Below are positions 58,635 to 64,000 of a stretch of 64,000 nt of DNA, in pieces. Both the position numbers and the translations under genes were made by a program. The stretch lies in NCBI GenBank assembly GCA_964577695.1, contig CAZOAL010000020.1, positions 72,121 to 136,120 on the forward strand. The letters are read 5' to 3'. Positions within the stretch are counted from its first letter, which is position 1, and every line of letters starts with the position of its first letter. Source of the stretch: an uncultured bacterium (GTDB lineage: Bacteria; Poribacteria; WGA-4E; PCPOR2b). The notes below the pieces were generated by a model. The model was given only the letters and a program-made list of their open reading frames with translations, searched no databases and was not told where the DNA came from.

Positions 58635-60008
58635 ATGGCTACCTTTTTACTGAGGAATCCCCAAGTTACCCTTTTAAAAGAGGAGGGAGGCGGTATTTTT
58701 TATAACTCCGATACAGCGGATACTTATGCCATCAACGAAGCGGGTGTTGTCATCTGGGAGCTATGCGATGGAACACATACAAAGGAGGAGATTGAGGAGG
58801 CAATCAAGAAAAGCTTTGGGGGGAAAAAACAAATCTGTAAAGATACGCTGGATTTCCTTAACCATCTAATCGATGAGAATTTGCTTTTAACTCCCCCAAA
58901 AAGAAGTGGTATTGAAGGTGAAGCAGGGTCTGGGCATAAAGAAGCATCCGTCCTAACCCACTTATATCTTTATATTACAAACCGGTGTAATCTTGCCTGC
59001 CGCCATTGCTGGATTACACCCACCTTCACGGATGAGTTCGTTGAAGGGAAGGTAAGCTTTGAAGAATACGCAGAGTTCATTGGGCAGGCTATCCCTCTTG
59101 GGCTTTCAGGGGTGAAAATAACAGGCGGCGAGCCTTTGCTCTATAAACCGCTTCCAAAACTCGTTGAATTTTTGAACTCCAGAAAAATCGGCATCACCAT
59201 TGAGACCAACGGAACACTCATAAATGATGACCTCGCCTCCCTCTTCCATTCCGCCAACGTTTTCACAAGTGTCAGCATAGATGGGGCTGAAAGCGAAATC
59301 CACGATTTATTTAGAGGGAGAAAAGGTGCCTTCGACATGGCGATAAACGGGCTTAAGCTCCTACTTCAACATAATGTTAACCCCGTTGTGATTATGTCAC
59401 TGTACAGCGGAAACAAGAACCAGATAGAACCCCTTCTGAAACTCTGTTCAGAGCTTGGGGTTAAGCGATTCAAGATAAATCCCATAATTGAAATTGGTCG
59501 TGGAAAATCGCTTGGTAAAAAACAACTGCTCCTCTCAAGGGAAGAACTCACCGAACTCCTTGAAAAATCAGAGGGTGACTGGCAGGAGAAATATGGAATC
59601 AAGGTTTTATTTTCCTATCCATGTTCTCTCAAACCGATAGACTTTCTCATAAAAGGAGATATTCCTATCTGTCCGTTTAGAAACTTGCTCTCTGTGCTTG
59701 AAGATGGGAGCATAACCTTCTGCGGATTTGGATATTCGGAACCGAAGTGGATTATGGGAAACATAAGGGAAACAAGGTTGGAACATCTCTGGAAGGAAGC
59801 AGAGCAACTCAAGGAAGCGCGGGAGAAAATCCCGGACAAGCTTGGGGGCGTGTGCGGCAGATGTTTCATAAAAAAGAGATGTCAGGGAGGCTGCAGAGCG
59901 ATGGCTATGGCAGCCTATGGTTCCCTTATAGCTCCTGACCCAACCTGTCAAACTTTCTTTGAACTCGGTCAATTCCCTAAATCCCGTTTAGCCCCGGTGG
60001 TTGGTTAA
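58635..60008 (+). CDS. radical SAM/SPASM-domain peptide maturase with N-terminal PqqD-like RRE domain
   Basis: RRE-like N-terminus (FYNSDTADTYAINEAGVVIWELCDG). CNLACRHCW rSAM motif. C-terminal Cys-rich SPASM (CPFRNL...CGFG...CGRCFIKKRCQGGCRA). Confidence 0.75.
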   Translation: MATFLLRNPQVTLLKEEGGGIFYNSDTADTYAINEAGVVIWELCDGTHTKEEIEEAIKKSFGGKKQICKDTLDFLNHLIDENLLLTPPKRSGIEGEAGSGHKEASVLTHLYLYITNRCNLACRHCWITPTFTDEFVEGKVSFEEYAEFIGQAIPLGLSGVKITGGEPLLYKPLPKLVEFLNSRKIGITIETNGTLINDDLASLFHSANVFTSVSIDGAESEIHDLFRGRKGAFDMAINGLKLLLQHNVNPVVIMSLYSGNKNQIEPLLKLCSELGVKRFKINPIIEIGRGKSLGKKQLLLSREELTELLEKSEGDWQEKYGIKVLFSYPCSLKPIDFLIKGDIPICPFRNLLSVLEDGSITFCGFGYSEPKWIMGNIRETRLEHLWKEAEQLKEAREKIPDKLGGVCGRCFIKKRCQGGCRAMAMAAYGSLIAPDPTCQTFFELGQFPKSRLAPVVG

Positions 60009-60062
60009 TTCACAGAATTCGCACTTTGAAACACCAGATAAGGGAATTTTTGCCAGCCGTCA

Positions 60063-61157
60063 ATGACCCATTCATTGATCCACGAAAGAGATGCCGAAAT
60101 GCCACTTGCAATTGACACGAAGAAACTCACGAGGCAATTTAAATTAACATCGTACGGAAAATTCCTCAATATGGGCGATAGTCCCGGAAGTCTGCTAGAA
60201 GCAGCTGCACTTCGCATACTGAAACGGACTTCGGTGAACCATGTGACAGCAGTGGACAACGTGACCCTTCAAGTGGCAGAGGGTGAATTCCTTGGGATTT
60301 TGGGTCCGAACGGTTCAGGGAAATCGACCCTTCTCAAAATACTCGCGGGACTGATTTATCCAAGCAGTGGAGAGGCGACAATTCTGGGCTATAATCTTTG
60401 GAAAGATCGAGAGAAAATCGCAAGCTGCACCAACTTCATTCCTGGTATCCTGACAGGAGGGGCTTGGATTGATCCAAGTCTCACGGCAAAGCGGAATTTA
60501 CAGTCCGTGGCGGAGCTTTTCGGTCTTCCTCCTCACAAGGTGGAAGAAGCCCTGGTCTTTTCAGGTTTGAAAGAATTCGCGGAAGTCCGGGTTGGAACTT
60601 TTTCCTCGGGGATGTCAGCGAGGCTTCAGCTTGCCTTTAGCCTCATGAGGGAGTCGCCGCTTTTTCTGCTGGATGAGCCCACAGAAGGGATATCGCCGGA
60701 GGCTGTGAAGGAAATTCGAGACCATATTGTAGAACTGAATCGAAAGGCAGGTGTGACCGTTCTTTACGCCACTCATCACGTTTTAGAGGCCCAAGCGATG
60801 TTTACGAAGGTCGCCATCATGGACCGAGGAAAAATCGCCGTTATTGACACCGTGTCTTCCCTCATCAAATCGTTGGGAGAAAGGGAAGCGCTGACAATGG
60901 AAGTTTCTCAATTTCATCCCGCTTTAGAAAGTCAGTTGTCAAACCTGGATAGAGTGAGTGACTTCGCCTGTGATATCACAGACCGGGTCTCCGGGCGGGC
61001 AACGGTGAGAATGCTGCTTCAAGACAGCAGAACCGTCTTAGCGGATATTGTCGATTTGACCGTTAAAGCCGCGAACTGTAAAATCCACCACATCACACTT
61101 TCAGAGCCGAACCTGGAGGATGTTTATCTGCACTACACCGGAAGGAGGATTGCATGA
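60063..61157 (+). CDS. ABC transporter ATP-binding protein
   Basis: Walker A GPNGSGKST, signature SSGMSARL, Walker B LFLLDEPT. Alternative start at 60099. Confidence 0.8.
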   Translation: MTHSLIHERDAEMPLAIDTKKLTRQFKLTSYGKFLNMGDSPGSLLEAAALRILKRTSVNHVTAVDNVTLQVAEGEFLGILGPNGSGKSTLLKILAGLIYPSSGEATILGYNLWKDREKIASCTNFIPGILTGGAWIDPSLTAKRNLQSVAELFGLPPHKVEEALVFSGLKEFAEVRVGTFSSGMSARLQLAFSLMRESPLFLLDEPTEGISPEAVKEIRDHIVELNRKAGVTVLYATHHVLEAQAMFTKVAIMDRGKIAVIDTVSSLIKSLGEREALTMEVSQFHPALESQLSNLDRVSDFACDITDRVSGRATVRMLLQDSRTVLADIVDLTVKAANCKIHHITLSEPNLEDVYLHYTGRRIA

Positions 61158-62026
61158 GTTCTTCTTTCATCGCCTCATTGAAAAGGAACCTTAAACTCTT
61201 CTGGGTTCTCTTCAAACGAGATATGTGGCAGCGTTATGCCTGGCTGCAATGGTTCCTCCCTTTTGAAGCCATCAGTCTCATTACGGGAGCAGCCACATGG
61301 TTTTTTTATGGCAAGATGTTCGGTGTCAACGCTCCGATCCTTCAAAATTATGGTGGTGATTTTCTGACCTATTTAATTCTAGGTATTGCGTTTAATGCCA
61401 TCCTTCAACACAGCATGGGGAGCATTTATCAAATCATCTTGGGGCTGTACCGTTGGTCCTGGTCATCGCAAGGGGTGCGACTCAGCATGGGGGAATACAT
61501 TAGCATGGCAAAAATCCCAACTTGGGTCTACATCCTGTCAAACATTACTTGGGGCTATTGCCAGGTGTTTATCCGATTTGCGATTTATCTTTTGGCAGGA
61601 ATTTTCGTTTTTGGAATGGCTCTTCAGCCCTCAATTAATTACGGCGGCATCCTCTTAGCGATGTTCTTCGGCATGCTTGCCTGTGTTGGCATTGGTCTAA
61701 TCAGTTCGAGTATGGTCTGGCACGCGGGAGCATGGCATGGCATGGAGCCCATTCAATGGGCTATAGGTTTGCTCGCTCCTTTGGTAAGCGGCGTCTACTT
61801 TCCGTCCGAAGTGCTGCCAAAGTCGCTTCAAATCATCTCAGTCCTTTTTCCCCAGACTTACGCGCTTCGAGCCTCACGGCAGGCCGCGATGGGAATGGGC
61901 CATTCTAATCTCATCCATGACTATGTCGTTCTCGCAACGTTTGCCATCATCTCCCTTGTTTTAGGAATTCTCCTATTGAAATCGTCAATGGAAGTGGCAC
62001 GGCACAAAGCCTCCCTCGGTTCCTAG
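61154..62026 (+). CDS. ABC-2 type transporter permease
   Basis: 290 aa, 6 TM. 4-nt overlap with the ATPase gene. Confidence 0.7.
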   Translation: MSSSFIASLKRNLKLFWVLFKRDMWQRYAWLQWFLPFEAISLITGAATWFFYGKMFGVNAPILQNYGGDFLTYLILGIAFNAILQHSMGSIYQIILGLYRWSWSSQGVRLSMGEYISMAKIPTWVYILSNITWGYCQVFIRFAIYLLAGIFVFGMALQPSINYGGILLAMFFGMLACVGIGLISSSMVWHAGAWHGMEPIQWAIGLLAPLVSGVYFPSEVLPKSLQIISVLFPQTYALRASRQAAMGMGHSNLIHDYVVLATFAIISLVLGILLLKSSMEVARHKASLGS

Positions 62027-62170
62027 CCAGGAACCCATCTTGTTCCTAACCCCGATCAGAGATCGGGGCGTTTATTTTGAGCCACAAAATGACCCATTCA
62101 ACGCCGGAGTCTTAACACAACCGCGGGTTGATATAACCCTCTCCTGTCCCCAAATCGCACGCAACCAACC

Positions 62171-63121
62171 GTGGGCAAGAAAGTCGATACCCATTCGGAG
62201 GGAATAATGACAACGATAGAAGGCATCCTGACCAGAAAGCTTCCCCAATTTCCCAGAGTGGTTGAATTCCTCACCACCTCCTACACGGATTTTATCGAGA
62301 ACGGTGTTTCCGGCGTGGAAGAAGAATTTTGGCAAAACTATGAAGAGATTCTTGAGGAAATTTCTGCTATTTCTGGGTTGACGTGCCAGGAAATTTATGA
62401 GGAATTAAAGCGTTTCCAAATTGTGAGAAGCAACTGCGCGCCAATTATTGAAGCGCAACCCCAAGAATCACGGTTCGGCTTGGTTCGTGAAAAAATTTAT
62501 GAGCAAGATGCGTACCCGATTTTAGAACACTTTTACTTTGCATACGCCCCATACACAATTCAGAGAAAGGAGTTCGTCATTCAGCAAGTCCAAGTGATGA
62601 ACTCTCAACCGTCTCTCTTTTGTGATCTCGGGGTTGGGCCTGGAGTCCTCTTTTCAAGAGTTCTCCGCGAGCAGCAAAATTGGATGGGATACGGGGTGGA
62701 TATAAGCGCCAAATGCGTTGCCTATGCTAAGAAAATGGTGGATTTCCATCATCTCTCCCATCGCGCTTTTATCATACAGGCAGATGTACGTTCCACCCCC
62801 TATGAAGCCAATTTCTTCGATGTAGTGATAGCCAGCGAAGTTTTGGAACACATACCCGATCCGAAAGTGGGGCTCAGAGAGTTAACTCGAATTTTGAAGT
62901 TGGACGGTTCTGCGATGATTGCTCTCCCCATTTGTCTTGAACAGCCCGAACATCTTTATGTTTTCAGGGGGGAAGATGAGTGCAAAAAGGCTTGCGAGGA
63001 CGTCGGATTACACATTGAGCATTTCGAGAAATGGGAATCAGGAGGTGCTTTCATAGATAGCTTCGCGGTATGCAGAAAAGTTGCTTTGAATCCCGATGAA
63101 ATCGGGGAGGCAAATTACTGA
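62171..63121 (+). CDS. class I SAM-dependent methyltransferase
   Basis: LFCDLGVGPGVLF motif I ... VVIASEVLEHIPD. Confidence 0.7.
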   Translation: MGKKVDTHSEGIMTTIEGILTRKLPQFPRVVEFLTTSYTDFIENGVSGVEEEFWQNYEEILEEISAISGLTCQEIYEELKRFQIVRSNCAPIIEAQPQESRFGLVREKIYEQDAYPILEHFYFAYAPYTIQRKEFVIQQVQVMNSQPSLFCDLGVGPGVLFSRVLREQQNWMGYGVDISAKCVAYAKKMVDFHHLSHRAFIIQADVRSTPYEANFFDVVIASEVLEHIPDPKVGLRELTRILKLDGSAMIALPICLEQPEHLYVFRGEDECKKACEDVGLHIEHFEKWESGGAFIDSFAVCRKVALNPDEIGEANY

Positions 63122-63359
63122 AGAACTTTGGAGAGAGTTATACAGGCTCTCCCAGAATTTTGAGCCACCCCTTAAAAAGATGCCGATGCTGTTTCCAATC
63201 ATTCAGGCCATCCTTGGGGTGGCGCGTGAAACGAAGCGTGTGGGAGAGGTGGAGGCAGAGGTGCTCAAAAAGTATCAAAAATACTCCCCCATGCCTCAAG
63301 ATATCAAGTACCAGATGGCGTGGCTGCTGAAACAAGGGTTGTTGGAGGTTGTGAGTTGA
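63096..63359 (+). CDS. hypothetical small protein
   Basis: 87-aa ORF overlapping the MT 3' end. Confidence 0.3.
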   Translation: MKSGRQITEELWRELYRLSQNFEPPLKKMPMLFPIIQAILGVARETKRVGEVEAEVLKKYQKYSPMPQDIKYQMAWLLKQGLLEVVS

Positions 63360-63360
63360 T

Positions 63361-63723
63361 ATGAAAAAATGTGAGATTTTCGTCGCTGATGCAACTATTA
63401 TAATGAGAAGGGAAAAATATCTAACCAGGAGGATAAGAATAATGTCAACTACCCCCAGGAAGCAAGAGCGCGAGATTGTGAATGAAAACAACGCACAGGT
63501 ATACACAGGGCGACATGTGAAGGTTGCAGTTGTAGATGATGGCATTTGCTTATCCCACCCGAATATCAAGGAAGTGTGTGGCGGTGTCAGTATCCATGTT
63601 ACCTCTGGTGGAACTATAATCTTGGGTGAAGATTACCTGAACGAATCCTTAACCGGATTTGCTGTGTGTTCCACCGTTGCTACTCAGACATCAAGCCACT
63701 TCCCAAAGAGCTGCCGGTCATAG
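63361..63723 (+). CDS. hypothetical small protein (possible second peptide substrate or accessory)
   Basis: 120-aa ORF. Internal start MSTTPRK at 63442 is possible. Confidence 0.3.
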   Translation: MKKCEIFVADATIIMRREKYLTRRIRIMSTTPRKQEREIVNENNAQVYTGRHVKVAVVDDGICLSHPNIKEVCGGVSIHVTSGGTIILGEDYLNESLTGFAVCSTVATQTSSHFPKSCRS

Positions 63724-63753
63724 GGAATGGAACCTCCTAACGAAGGATCATAA

Positions 63754-64000
63754 ATGGTACATTTTAAGAAAATTGTAGGATTTCTAAAGGATTTCACCTC
63801 TTTACTAAAGAGTGCCCCCAAAATGATGGGGCTGGTCTATCGGGCATCACCGTTCTACTTCTTTGTCTCCTTCGCATTGGTGTTACCAGAATCACTTCTA
63901 CCACCGGCACAAATCTGGATATCAAAGCTAATCATCGATTCTGTCGTCTCCCAAATAGAGGATTTAAGGAAAGGGGGAGAGGCGGATCTATCCTCCCTGT
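63754..64000 (+). CDS. ABC exporter (transmembrane-domain N-terminus), partial
   Basis: AAGGA RBS. Open frame to the window end with hydrophobic N-terminus, typical of peptide-export ABC TMDs. Confidence 0.45.
   Translation, partial: MVHFKKIVGFLKDFTSLLKSAPKMMGLVYRASPFYFFVSFALVLPESLLPPAQIWISKLIIDSVVSQIEDLRKGGEADLSSL

Overview
Bacterial chromosomal window of about 64 kb and roughly 50% GC, using the standard code with TGA as a stop. Housekeeping genes include gltB, gltD, trxA, a Kdo transferase and orphan CoxS/CoxM-like subunits. The rest is accessory and repeat-rich. (1) A toxin-antitoxin cluster at 0.4-3.4 kb carries HEPN/MNT and BrnT/BrnA pairs and a DUF3990-like gene. (2) A roughly 9 kb integron-type cassette array with at least 7 homologous attC-like sites (GCCTAAC...GTTAGGC), but no adjacent intI, sits exactly between gltB and gltD. 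It carries TA cassettes (UPF0175/DUF3368, a PIN-domain gene, a second BrnT/BrnA pair, an MNT-type nucleotidyltransferase) and a duplicated two-gene cassette containing a retropepsin-like aspartyl protease. (3) A secreted TlpA/DUF255-like thioredoxin-fold + PDZ protein has both redox cysteines of the C-V-P-C motif replaced by in-frame TGA codons, suggesting a U-V-P-U diselenide selenoprotein. (4) A candidate RiPP cluster at 55.5-64 kb contains an ECF sigma factor, a GT4 glycosyltransferase, a Tat-signal-like Cys-rich precursor peptide, an RRE-fused radical SAM/SPASM maturase, ABC transporters and a methyltransferase. (5) A MITE-like element family with GGCATGTTTCA...TTGACAC terminal inverted repeats has at least 4 copies, one of which truncates a cassette gene. 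(6) Intergenic regions carry tandem heptanucleotide repeats and GGAAGGATGG/CCATCCTTCC and CTTCGGAAG palindromes. Other points: an ECF sigma factor fused to a TM helix and Kelch propeller, a WD40 protein with a T9SS C-terminal sorting domain, a multiheme cytochrome c fused to a phosphoesterase-like domain, and two homopolymer-associated frameshifts. Every call comes from reading motifs in the sequence, and no database search was possible.
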